Assembly (NCBI GenBank): GCA_028023455.1
Contig: JAQFVV010000007.1
Coordinates: forward strand, 14,446,001 to 14,510,000
DNA from: Epiperipatus broadwayi
Lineage: Eukaryota > Animalia > Onychophora
Direction of reading: 5' to 3'
Length of the DNA stretch: 64,000 nt
Of the stretch, positions 26,110 to 38,999 are shown in pieces (the stretch's first letter is position 1; every line of letters starts with the position of its first letter). The notes beneath the pieces are model-generated. The model did no database searches and was not told where the DNA came from. It was given only the letters and a program-made list of their open reading frames with translations. A program made the position numbers and the translations under genes.

Positions 26110-26590
26110 TATCAACCATTTTATAATATTTGAAATACAGGCCCTCTTCATATAGCTGTGGCTTAATTGTAAATATAGGAGATTTGAACTCAGACTTTCA
26201 AGCACTTTTCAACTATCCACACTATCTCATATCACTGATACACATGATCACACACATGTAGAAAAGATCAATAATCACTAATATAGTTGGTCCAGATTAT
26301 CATCTATATCTCTCTCACACACACATATATATAATCAGTTAATATAACTGAGCACTGGTTATATATGTGTGAGAGATGATAATCTGGACCAACTGATGAG
26401 TACTGGTTCAGCACAATATATATATATATTCTGGACCAATGATCTTTTCAGCACAATATATATATATATTGGTGATTATTGATCTTTTCTATATGTGTGT
26501 AATCATTTATATCAGTGATATGAGATAGTGTGGATAGTTGAAAGGTGCTTGACAGTCTGAGTTCAAATCCCCTATATCAACCATTTTATA
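26110..26590. mobile_element. Family D palindrome with HHR in the right arm
   Basis: Arms ~26175-26335 and ~26360-26575. HHR core CTGATGA-GTACTG-gtt-CAGCAC at 26393-26414. Exact 16-bp flanking repeat tatcaaccattttata at 26110-26125 and 26575-26590. Confidence 0.9.
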
Positions 26591-27989
26591 TTAATTATTT
26601 AATTGAGAAAAACTAAAAAGTATAATATAATGTTTATAAATTGATTTCAGTATGTTTGTGGAAAAGAAAACATATATATACATGTGTGAGTATTTATTTA
26701 TATTGGTGCATGAAGATAAGTGTTTCCTAATATGTACTATTATTATTGCTTTTGTTATTTTAGTGATTTTTCTGTTGTCAATAATGTGTTCTAAAATTCA
26801 GCTTTTTATATATGCATATAGAATGCATTGGTTTCAATAAATTGAAGTGTATTAAAATTATTAATATTATTTATTGCCTTTTATTAATATGTTGATATTT
26901 ATCTGTGAATTAAATAAAACTATTATTCAATGTATTTGAACATATTTCAATATGTTCACATTTATGCATGAAAATATAGGTTTACTGCTATATACGTTAC
27001 TGTTATTGATTTTAATGTTTATTTTGTGTTTCTGTTACTGATAATGAGTTTTCTAATTAATTTTTTAAAGGCTTATGGAATACATTGATTTTAGCAAATT
27101 GAATAAAATTATTATTGTAAATAATGTTTTATGCAATTCAATGTAGAGGATATAAATAAATTCAGAAGTTAAAGATTGATAGATTAATTCCAATTTTCTG
27201 AAGAACAGATCCTATGATGATTATTATTATATATCATCATAAACTTGGATTGTTAAAATTTTATATAAATACTATTTTATTTTGATTATGTTTTGCTACC
27301 GTATTGTATTTTTTTTCTTTTTAACAAAAATATGCAAAATTGAAAATTCCACATTATTTATATTAATATTTGTTCATTTCATAATTGTAGCGATGTTTAT
27401 TTACTCAATAATTATAATAATAAAATGGGAACAAAAAATCAATAAGAACTAAAAAAAATTCAATAAAATCATTTTTATAAATTTCATCTGTTTACTATTA
27501 CATTTGATGTAATGTTGTTTCAATAAAATATATGCTGATAAAACGTTGATTTTAATATTACGCATATAATGATAGACATACATTTCATATAATTAGAGTA
27601 ATGGACGAATTCAACAGATTTGAAAATTAGAAGTAATTTTTTTTTAAAATAATAATTTTAATAAGTGTTTAACAAATATATATATATAGTGCAATGAGTA
27701 TTCACCTTTCTAAAAAAAGTTAAAAAAAGAATGGAAACTAATCTCTACATTGCGTCAGAGTGGTGGGTGTAGTGAAATGAGATACTAACGTGGATGAAGA
27801 GATGCAGGTATTTGATACCTCTAAGCCACCTGAAGACTGAAGAATGTTGCAAAATATATTCATACTGAGAGAGAACAAATGGACTGTCTGTAGTAATGAT
27901 GGTAGAGTTGAGTTGGGGGGGGGGGGGGTATAGCTCTGATAAAGACTAAACTTGAATTTATATATATGATGTGTGTATATTACACTGAT

Positions 27990-28330
27990 TTAAGATATAT
28001 GAAACATATTATGATCAGTCATTTGCCAAAAAGGTAGTTCCATACATCATTCTTCACACTTTTTCCCAGGTCTCTTCTCATTTGCTTTGTACTTTTTTTA
28101 TTTTCATCTTCCATAATCCTAACATGTCTTTAATAACCTCTTTACTTTATTGTATTTCCGTTTAATTTTTTTATGAATCGTTTTTCTTGATTTTTTCCAA
28201 CTTTTCCATTTTTCTAATTTATCACTGTCATTCAAATTTAGTTCATAAGATTTCCTAATCTTTTCGCTTTTTTCAATTTGCAACAATTAAGTTAGAATGA
28301 GAAAAAATCTACTTATTTCTAGGACTTTTA
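27990..28330 (-). mobile_element. Probable RTE-like LINE internal fragment
   Basis: Lys-rich minus-strand reading resembles the pre-RT linker of the RTE at 59642-60244. Heavily decayed. Confidence 0.4.
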
Positions 28331-28564
28331 CTGAATTATTTAATTTCTAATTTTTATTTTAGATAAATACATCTCAGTATTATTTTATTCTGATTTACAT
28401 TTTTTGTAGCTTAATTAACTTCAAAGTCTGTGTTGCAATTTATAAATCAGAAACTATTGTTTGTATATATATATATTTACATGCGCACACACACATGTAT
28501 ATATCAAATCATAAATTAAACTGACTGGTTTTGGAATATAATTCACAGCATGAAAGTCAAAGAG

Positions 28565-28975
28565 TTCTAAACCAATAAAATAGCTTCAATCTGTTATCAA
28601 GGCAACCTTGATAAATAAAAGATATATTTCTCTTTTACCTTGGTCTAAGATAATAGACATAAAGTATTTAGACACATGACTGAAGCAGATTAAGATTTTA
28701 ATTTGTCTATAAATTTTAAATAAATTTTATTCAGCAAAGATAAACTATTTAAGATAGATAAATAAAAATGATGATTTAACAATCTACCTTCAAACAATTT
28801 ATTAGGGCCTGTGGAATGGATTTATTTAAAAATTCTAGGCAAACTAGAGACATGTTTTTTTTCACTTTTTGTAAATATAAAGATCTTAGATCAGGACCAA
28901 AGGTCAATCCACCTTTTATTTATAGTGGTTGCCTTGACAATGGATTATGAATATTCTATTGGTTTATTAAACATT
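28565..28975. repeat. Family B degraded palindrome
   Basis: tcaaggcaacc (~28597) and ggttgccttgaca (~28928), plus aaaccaataaaata and tattctattggttt, are inverted pairs. Confidence 0.55.
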
Positions 28976-29074
28976 GGCTATTGTGCTATGTAATATATAT
29001 ATACAAATAAAATGTCCATTAATTAAAAGCTACTGTAATAACTATTCGTAATTAACTATTATAAACAGTCTTTC

Positions 29075-29900
29075 ATCTGTAGAAGTATTTTCAATTAATT
29101 CCTTAACCTTCCTCAACTGCTGTTAAATTAAAAAAAAAACATAAAAAAACAAATATCATCAACACAAATCCCATGAATCCTGAATTTTAACATTAGCATC
29201 TTGTCTATTAATTATATTCATTTTATTTCTGTTTATTAAAATTGCCTCCTTAATTTTTATTGTATTATGGTTTCTCTCTTTATGAAAAATCTTAACATTT
29301 TCAATATCAAAATTACATTTATATTTACATGTCCTTTCATGTTCTGAGAAAACTAAAGCAATCATTAAATCATTATTATTTTTACATTCATGTGCTTGTA
29401 TAGCAATTCATGCTGCTTTAACCTTTTTCAATACTGCACCTCAATTCATCTATATATAATAACATACATCCACAAATAATTTGATATACAACATTTCTTT
29501 TCTGCTTGATGGTTATGACATTTTTAGAATTATTCATTAACTTATTAACATTATTTGTAACACAAAATAAAACATTAAATGCATACTTATATATATATAT
29601 CCTTAAAAAATGCACATGAGCAATTGAAATATATGTAATAGATATCCATTTTTTATTATCAATCTTCAACTCCTTTAAATCCTTTTAACTCTTTTTAAAT
29701 TGACATAGAGTATTGTTAATATGTTCAATGTTATAACCAACAATAAGCAATTCATTGGCAAATATCTCAATATTTTTAATTTATCACACTCTACTTCTAT
29801 TTACAAGTATTAAACTGTCTGCATTAACAACATTAACATCTAGCACTTCAGGTAAATACATTAATAAATAATACTATTCTTAATTAAACTAGACATTGGG
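29075..29900 (-). mobile_element. Penelope-like element 3' part (RT C-terminus, GIY-YIG, HHR remnant)
   Basis: ORF 29159-29365 contains EH...NVKIFHKERNHNTIKIKEAILI, a PLE GIY-YIG C-terminus. HHR-like TTGAGGA-A-GGTTAA-ggaa-TTAATT-GAAA at 29079-29120. Confidence 0.8.
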
Positions 29901-30255
29901 TTAATCTTAGTAAACCATGGCAATATTAGTTTTTTGATTAATAAATCATTTTGCTTGGAACATGTAATCATTTGATTTTCTTGACTCAATATATAATGAA
30001 ATATTTTTTTGTATTTTAATTTACAATTATTTATGCCAATGTTACTTAAATTTTCTTTTCATTGTATATGTAATTCTTTTGCATGTTTATGTTTGTATGC
30101 TTTATAAAGCAGATTTTATTTCTTTCCTTTCTTTTATTTAGCTGAGTGCACTTTGCTAAATAAAAGAAAGAAAATAAACAAAACCCACTTCGTAAAGCAT
30201 ACATTTTTATATGTATGCAAGAGAATTATAACATTGTCTGACAAATTTGTGTTAT

Positions 30256-30289
30256 CATAATCATCATCATCATTATTATTATATTATAA

Positions 30290-30376
<87 letters not shown>

Positions 30377-30390
30377 TCATCATCATCTCT
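30256..30390. repeat. Compound (CAT)/(ATT)/(AGT) microsatellite
   Basis: Direct reading. Confidence 0.95.
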
Positions 30391-31111
30391 AATAATTCAA
30401 AATATAAATTTAAAATAAAAATATACATATAGTAATTTACTTGGGAAAGCATGAGATATTTGAGACCCCCAGATGATGGATTGAGTTCATGACTACACAA
30501 AGCATGCAACACCAAATTATAGTTAACAATACTAATTGAATGACTTTATTGCTTTGGAATCCATAAGAATTTAAGTGCCAGAAGTGAAATTGATGTTAGG
30601 AAACTCTTCCATAGCACAAAACAATATAGAACAATACTATAATCCATTATGTAATATTGTAATCATCAGAAATTTTCCGAATATGTTCATTCTTTTATGA
30701 TAATGAACTTTGATTTACTTAGTCCATTTTCTGTAAAATACACAATTAAAATTTAATTTAGTTAGATCTAATTACACTTTATATATTCTACTGCTGTAAA
30801 CATCTTATTAATGTTTGCATAAGTTCAAATACTCAGATTCCAAAATAAATGTTTATTACTTAATCAAACCAATATTTGCATTATTTTTATTAAGCTTTTT
30901 TTTTCTAAACATTTCGACTATACTTGCAATTTTTTTTTCAAAAATTAAAAATTTATTAAATACTGTTGAAAAATTTAACATAGAGCATTAAAAATTCCCA
31001 GTTTATTTTTAAAATAACAGCTTTTCTATTCAATACTTAGTAATCATTGGCTATAATGCATTTTGTGGTATTTAGACTACAACTGATATCTCATATTGCT
31101 TCTGAAATACT

Positions 31112-31114
<3 letters not shown>

Positions 31115-31205
<91 letters not shown>
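31115..31205. repeat. (TA)n microsatellite
   Basis: Direct reading. Confidence 0.98.
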
Positions 31206-31207
<2 letters not shown>

Positions 31208-31699
31208 TCTACAGAGGTTTTTTTTTCAAAAATAGTTCATAATTTTCTATACATATAAATAAATACACCAAACTTCTTTTTAAAACTTATTTTTTATATG
31301 ACTATTATAAAAGTAAAATGACACACCAATATTTTGACAATTTTATAATATAGTCTTTTTCGAGGAACACTAAAAAATATAAATACAAATATATAACAAT
31401 AAATATAAAATATCATATATTCCAAACGAATCCAAAAACATTAAAAAATATTAAAAAATTATTTTTTCCTCAACATCATTTTCTATTACAAACAATCTGA
31501 AAACTTTATCATTTTTTTTATATTTATATACCCAACCAAAAATACACTGAAAACATTTAATTAACAAATCTATTATTGTCTTTTTTATTTTCTATTAACA
31601 TTCTATTTAATTCCGGTTTACTTTCATTAATGTAAATTCTTTTCTTTCTTTCATGATATGACTTTACACATTTGAAAGGGTTTATTTCAAAATCTTTAT

Positions 31700-32540
<841 letters not shown>

Positions 32541-32549
32541 TATATATAT

Positions 32550-34720
32550 TGTACCAATCGGAATGAAAGTGATGATCGAATCTAACCGCAAAAACAATAT
32601 CTGCACTACAAGGGCGCCATCTAGGCATTTGAACCTAGAAAAATTTATAAAGTAGGCAAATACGTAAGTCAAAAAAAAAAAAATTTTTTTTTTAAATATT
32701 TTGGTTCCGGTCGTTAGTCCATGTCACTAGCTCAGTGGAATAGCAGAGATTAAATAATATAATATCCTATCTACTTAGATTTCAACATTAAAAAATAAAT
32801 AAAATAAGCCACTGCCAGTAATTAGCATACAAACATTTATTTATGCACATATATATAAGATTTGAAATTATTTTAGTATTAGTTTACATTTTTACATTTA
32901 ACATTATTTTTAACTTTGATTTTTGACTTTAATTTACATTTAATTACTATTATATTCTAATTTTACATTTTTAATTAAGTTCACACAGATGGGATTATAA
33001 AAGCTTGTTTTAATATGTTGCTATAGATCGGTTACATAGATTACACGGTTAAAAACATTTCAAAGTAAACATAAACGATCAAAATATAAAATCATTGATA
33101 CTGGCAATTGCAGAGGGAAATTTATAAGTAACCCAGTAGTATTCACCATAAGATACTTGCATTGTCACCAATGACTTAAAAGACATCCGAATAAATACAT
33201 TTTAGATACTCACCGTAAGGTATCATTATTTATCGAATGTCTATATATTTTGATCAAATATGGAAACGCAAAACATAGTTAACCAATAAACAATCCATGC
33301 AAGCGTCTATAAACAACTTAAATTTAATGCATTTTTATTTAGGGTCGAGTATGAATAGACCATATAAATTTGCTTTTGACAATAAACATTCTATCCCTAT
33401 TTAACCTTAGGCTAAAATTCGCAGTCAAACTGGCATCAATCCATCTGATACATCGATGTATTCAATGTAATTCGGAATACGGCAGCACCAAAGAGATTAA
33501 GAAAAGACATTGACTCTCAATCAGATAGGAATATTACATCTATCTAATGAGAAGAACAATAAAAAAAAAACTCCATAGAAAGGAACTGCGTTCTCCGTCT
33601 TATAATTCCTTCCATAGGCAAACGGGTGAGTGCGGCGTATATATAAACGATTCTGCCAGTAGCGAATCTCCGACTTCATCTACTAACTACATGAATATAT
33701 CCAATCCATTGACCCAATCTAACAACGACATAAATAACCTAAGATTATCCTCCCCTAATATAACTTTACAAATCTATACAGCCATTCACGCCCGACTTAA
33801 GTTTAACATTTATATAATTTACCTTAACGGAAAACAGAAATCATAATAAAACTTAAAGAACAAAAAAGTAAATAAATCAATGGAAATGATTTTAAATATA
33901 TATATATATACAAAAAAGAAATACATCAAATAACATTATTAATAAATTAAGTTGGTCAGATAGGATAATATTGCAATCATTTAAATATGGAAAGTTTTAA
34001 TTTAATGTTCATTATTTATAAAGTTCTTACGGTTTAAAACAGTCCATCTTTATCAGTTGCTTGCCATGAACGTGAATTCCCACGCCGTCCTAAAATTGGT
34101 ATTCTGTTGGCCGCTTTATTTATCCATCCGGAGGTTTTTTTGCTTTAACTGGTCCTCAATGTAGAAAAACGATAGTTCATTTCTTTTTCTTTTTAGCAAA
34201 GCTGAAGGGATTGAATTTGTAACTTACTATCTCTCATCGTTCTCACCAATTAATAATTTCCAAACTTGTCCCTTTTTATATTAATGTGAAGGATTGAATT
34301 TACATTTGTCCGATTCCATAGGGATTTCTATTTGCTAACAGTTTCTATTGTTTTCCTATCTGACTGATGTTTTTACATTTAAATGCCCAAGGCTGGTTTA
34401 CATTTAACTAATTAACAATCATTTCCATTTCTGATTAATTAACCTGTTTTCCAAATCAAAGATATATTTAAAGATAAATTTAAAGATATAATTTTATCTC
34501 CAAATCTTTTTAAAATTTAGTTTTAAAATACTTTTTCTTTAATAAAGTTTTATTTTAATAATTTTTCATTATCTATGCGATTTAATATATACAAGTTTAA
34601 GATGATATTTAATTTCAATTTTTAATTCTTAAAGAAAATGTTTAAATGCGAACTTCTTATTTTAACTTGTTTAATAATATAAAAAAAAAAACAATGTAAC
34701 GAACGTCTGTGCTCATTACA
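32550..34720. other. Unclassified CpG-retaining insert bounded by TGTA...TACA inside (TA)n
   Basis: CpG is visibly more frequent than in the flanks. Termini are tgta (32550) and taca (34720), both adjacent to TA runs. Possible C2H2-like relic at 33442-33513. Confidence 0.35.
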
Positions 34721-34744
<24 letters not shown>

Positions 34745-34753
<9 letters not shown>

Positions 34754-36290
34754 CAGTACTTAAAAGTTTATAAAAATATATCTGTAACCGTCACTTAGAA
34801 GCACTTTCAACTATCCTTGTAGTTTTTGTCAACTAATACTTTTAAAATGTCAGCTTTCCCATAATTCCATGATGTCAATTTTCTCATGATTCTATGATTT
34901 TAACATTTGCTGCTTGCCTATTAATTAAATCTTGCTTGTATTTATATAATAATATCATTTCCTTAATTTTTCTTTTATTATTATTTCTTTCAGTTTCCAA
35001 GATTTTTACATTATTATAATTAAAATCGAAACCATATATACATGATTTATTATGGTCATAAAAGACAGATGCTGATAAATTATCATTATTTTTATAATTT
35101 TGTTTTGTATTTTGAACCCTTTTTAATAATAACAAGTGCTCTTTTGTTCTTTTTTCCAATGTGCACCTCAATTCACCTATATATCCACTGCCACACCTAC
35201 ACATCCATTTGTAAAGGATACAATTTTTATTTGTCAATAAAGTTTTATTTTTTTTAAATTATTTATTAATTTATTGAATGTAGGTCATGCATAAAATGCA
35301 ATATCACATATACCTTTATAAATTTTCTTAATGAAACTTGCCTGCTGTTTCAAAATATATGGCATTGATATCCAAAAATTTTTATCCGAAGAATTAGCAT
35401 TATAATTCATATTATTTTTATAATTAGAATTAAAATTTTTAACAGTATAATAAACATAATTATAATTATATCCAATGTTTATCAATTCATTATAATAAAT
35501 TTCAAAATTTTTGGTTTTATCTGATGCATATTTACAAAGATTATCATTTTTTAAATAAGAAGGACTTTAAACTTGTATTTTATGTGACATTGATACCTTT
35601 AATTCATATGGAAAATATCCTCTTTTTGCTATTGGTTTAATAGTCATATAGTAATCCAGTTTATCTTTGTTTCTAGTTGTCTTGAGATCTAAAAATTAAA
35701 CACTCATTGAATTTTCATCTGTTTTAATCCATTTTAAGCCTTTTATATTATTTAATTCATTAAACAAATCATTAATAGCATTTGGATTTCCACAAACAAA
35801 AACATCATCAACATATTGACTGTATAAAGTAATATCTTTCTGATAATATTCCTTTTTCAAAATATTTTCTTCATATGTAGATATAACAAAGTTACATATT
35901 TGGGCACCTGTAGGAAGACCCATTGGCCAACCATTACTTATTTTATAAAATTCATGCTTAAAAATTGCATAAATATCTTTATCAATAAAGTTTAATGTTT
36001 CAACAATAAATTTTATTATTTTAACGTTAACATTTTTAAATTTTAATGCATTATTAATTATTTCAATAGAATCATTTTATCAATTGATCCATACATTTCA
36101 CTGACATCAAAGGTACAAATTACATTGCAAGTATCAATAACAACATTATTAATTTTACCAATAAAATCAAATGATGAACGTATTGTATACATACCAAAAC
36201 CAAGAATTACATGTAACATTTTCTCAATTAATTTATATGTTTCATAATAAAATGCATCCCCAAAATCAATCTTTAATCATAATGGTTATT
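34745..36290 (-). mobile_element. Penelope-like element, left arm of a giant palindrome (RT + GIY-YIG + 3' HHR)
   Basis: ORF 35696-35923 YSQYVDDVF. ORF 34884-35237 CILYKWMCRCGSGYIGELRCTLEKRTKEH. HHR remnant at 34795-34836. Confidence 0.9.
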
Positions 36291-36299
36291 TTTCTTCAT

Positions 36300-37810
36300 G
36301 CAATTGAACCATTACAATTAATGATTGATTTTGGAGCTGCATTTTATTATGAAATATGTAAATTAATTGAGAAAATGTTACAGGAAATTCTTGTTTTTGG
36401 TATGTATACAATACATTTATCATTTGATTTCGTTGGTAAAATTAATAACATTATTGATACTTGTGATATAATTTGTACCTTTGATGTCAGTGAAATGTAT
36501 GGATCAATTGATAGAATGACTTCTATTGAAATAATTAATAATGCATTAAAATTAAAAAATGTTAACATTAAAATAATAAAATTTATTGTTGAAACATTAA
36601 ACTTTATTGATAAATATATTTGTGATTTTTAAGCAAGAATTTTATAAAATGAGTAATGGCTGGCCAATAGGAATTGCTACAGTTGCCCAAATATGTAATT
36701 TTGTTATATCAACATATGAAAAATATATTTTGAAAAAGGAATATTATCAGAAAGATATTACTTTATACAATCGATATGTTGATGATATTTTTGTTTGTGA
36801 AAATCCAAATGCTATTAATGATCTGTTTAATGAATTAAATAATATAAAGGGCTTAAAATGGATTACAACAGATGAAAATTCAATGAGTGTTCAATTTTTA
36901 GATCTCAAGATAACTAAAAACAAAGATAAAATAGATTACTATATGTCTCTTAAACCAATAGCAAAAAGAGAATATATTCCATATGAATCAAAAGTACCAA
37001 TGTCACATAAAATGGTAGGTTTAAAGTCATTCTTAATTAGAAATTATAACTTTTGTAAATATGTATCAGATAAAACCAAAAATTTTAAAATTTATTATAA
37101 TAAATTGTTAAACATTGATATAATTATGATTATGTTTATTATACTGTTAAAATTTTAATTTTAAATATTGAAAGATAAAAATAATATTAATAATAATGTT
37201 AATTCTTCTGATAAAAAATTTTGCATATCAATATAATATATTTTAAATCAACAGGCAAGTTTCATTAAGAAAATTTATAAAGGTATATGTGATATTGCAT
37301 TTTATGCACCACCTACAGTAAATAAATTAATAAATAATTCAAAAGATAAGACTTTATTGTCAAATAAAAATTGCATCATTTACAAATGGACATGTACATG
37401 TGGCAGTGGATATATATATATATATAGGTGAATTGAGGTGCACATTGGAAAAAAGAACAAGACAAAATTATAAAAATAATGATAATTTATCAGCTTCTGT
37501 CTTGTGTAACCATATTAAATCATGTATATATGGTTCTGATTTTAATTATAGTAATGTAAAAATATTGGAAACTGAAAGAAATAATAAAAGAAAAATCAAG
37601 GAAGTGATGTTAATATATAAATACAAGCAAGATTTAATTAATAGGCAAGCAGCAAAGATCATGGAAATATGGAAAAGTTAATATCATGGAATTATGGGAA
37701 AGCTGACATTTTAAAAGTATTAGTTGTCAAAAACTACAAGGATAGTTGAAAGCACTTCTAAGTGACAATTATAGATATATTTTTATAAACTTTTAAGTAC
37801 TGTATTTTTT
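36300..37810 (+). mobile_element. Penelope-like element, right arm of a giant palindrome
   Basis: FDVSEMYGSI (ORF 36171-36632), GWPIG and RYVDDIF (ORF 36607-37158), YIGELRCTLEKR (ORF 37400-37681). HHR remnant at 37720-37761. Mirror image of 34745-36290. Confidence 0.9.
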
Positions 37811-37979
37811 AATATTTATTTATACATTTATGTATATTATTTTGAAGAAATACAGACATCGATTTGTAATATTATTAATATATATATAGTATTAGTAATA
37901 GCAACTTCTAGATCAATGTTAGTATACATATTAATTATATCTAATTTTACAAAAAATAAATGTTTAAAAACTTTATTAT

Positions 37980-38230
37980 CTACTACTATTACTACTACTA
38001 CTACTACTCCTACTACTGCTACTACTACTACTACTATTGCTACTGCTGCTGCTACTGCTACTGCTGCTACTGCTACTGCTACTACTGCTACTATTGCTGC
38101 TACTGCTGCTGCTTCTGCTGCTACTGCTGCTACTGCTGCTGCTTCTGCTGCTACTGCTGCTACTGCTGCTGCTACTGCTGCTACTGCTACTATTGCTACT
38201 ACTACTACTACTACTATTATTATGATGATG
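37980..38230. repeat. Compound (TAC)/(TGC) microsatellite
   Basis: Direct reading. It explains the four low-complexity ORFs at 37916-38380. Confidence 0.95.
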
Positions 38231-38590
38231 ATGTTTCAAAAAGGAACTTTATTGCATTTAAAATATTTTACATCAAGTACAGTACATTGTTTTTTTCATA
38301 ATTTTACATCGATTACATTGTTCATTTACATGATAGTCATATTGTTTAGATATATAATATTTGGCCATAAAATTGCCTAAGTCATTGGAAAGGTTACAAT
38401 TTTGAAAGTCCAAACCGTTATGGTTTCAGTATTAATTAAATGTTTAAATCTTGAGTTTGAATTCTTTCCACATTGATTTAATGACTTCAATATTTGACAT
38501 ATCCAATTTAAAGTTGTTTACTGATTAAATGTCATATGTTTTTTTGTTCATTTCTGTTTGATTTTTTATAGATTGCTAAGGTTGTAAAAC

Positions 38591-38955
38591 AAAAGTACAT
38601 GTCTTTCTGAAGGTTTGTGATGATGGTGTTCTAGCTATATTTTTATATTGGACTACTTCTGTCATCTAATATGTGTGTTGAATGTCTTTAGAAAAGTTTA
38701 ATTTATTTAAATATTCCAAATGCATTCAACTGTTAGTAATATCACAGCAAACAGATTAGTATATGCACTAACTGTTAGTAATATCACAGCAAAAATGTTA
38801 GTATATGTACTATACTAATCTGTTTGCTGTGATATTACTAACAGTTGAATGCATTTGGAGTATTTAAATAAAATTAAACTTTTCGAAAAGACATTCAACA
38901 TACATATTAGATGATGGATATAGTCCAATATAAAAATACAGAAAAATACATGTCT
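38591..38955. mobile_element. Family A palindrome lacking the HHR and tRNA centre
   Basis: Tail ttctgaaggtttgtgatgatggtg is present on the left arm only. Arms are inverted around ~38770-38810. Flanking repeat aaaa(g/a)tacatgtct at 38591-38604 and 38942-38955. Confidence 0.85.
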
Positions 38956-38999
38956 GATTATAACATTGGTTTTTCCTTGAGGAGTGACCATGTAGCTCT

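Noticed and set aside
26532-26546. 13-nt match ggatagttgaaag between the family D tail and the PLE HHR region (37740-37752)
   Set aside because: Too short in AT-rich DNA to establish homology, and the flanks do not align.
27825-27862. CTGAAGA...caaaatatatt as a decayed hammerhead
   Set aside because: Stems I and II cannot be paired convincingly, and there is only a single instance.
33547-33846. 99-aa ORF as a gene
   Set aside because: No recognisable domain or splice support. It is mentioned only within the unclassified insert.
37916-38380. Poly-Ala/Thr, poly-Leu, poly-Ser and Cys/Tyr-rich ORFs (also 7743-8210, 30247-30515, 31047-31235)
   Set aside because: These are translations of microsatellites.
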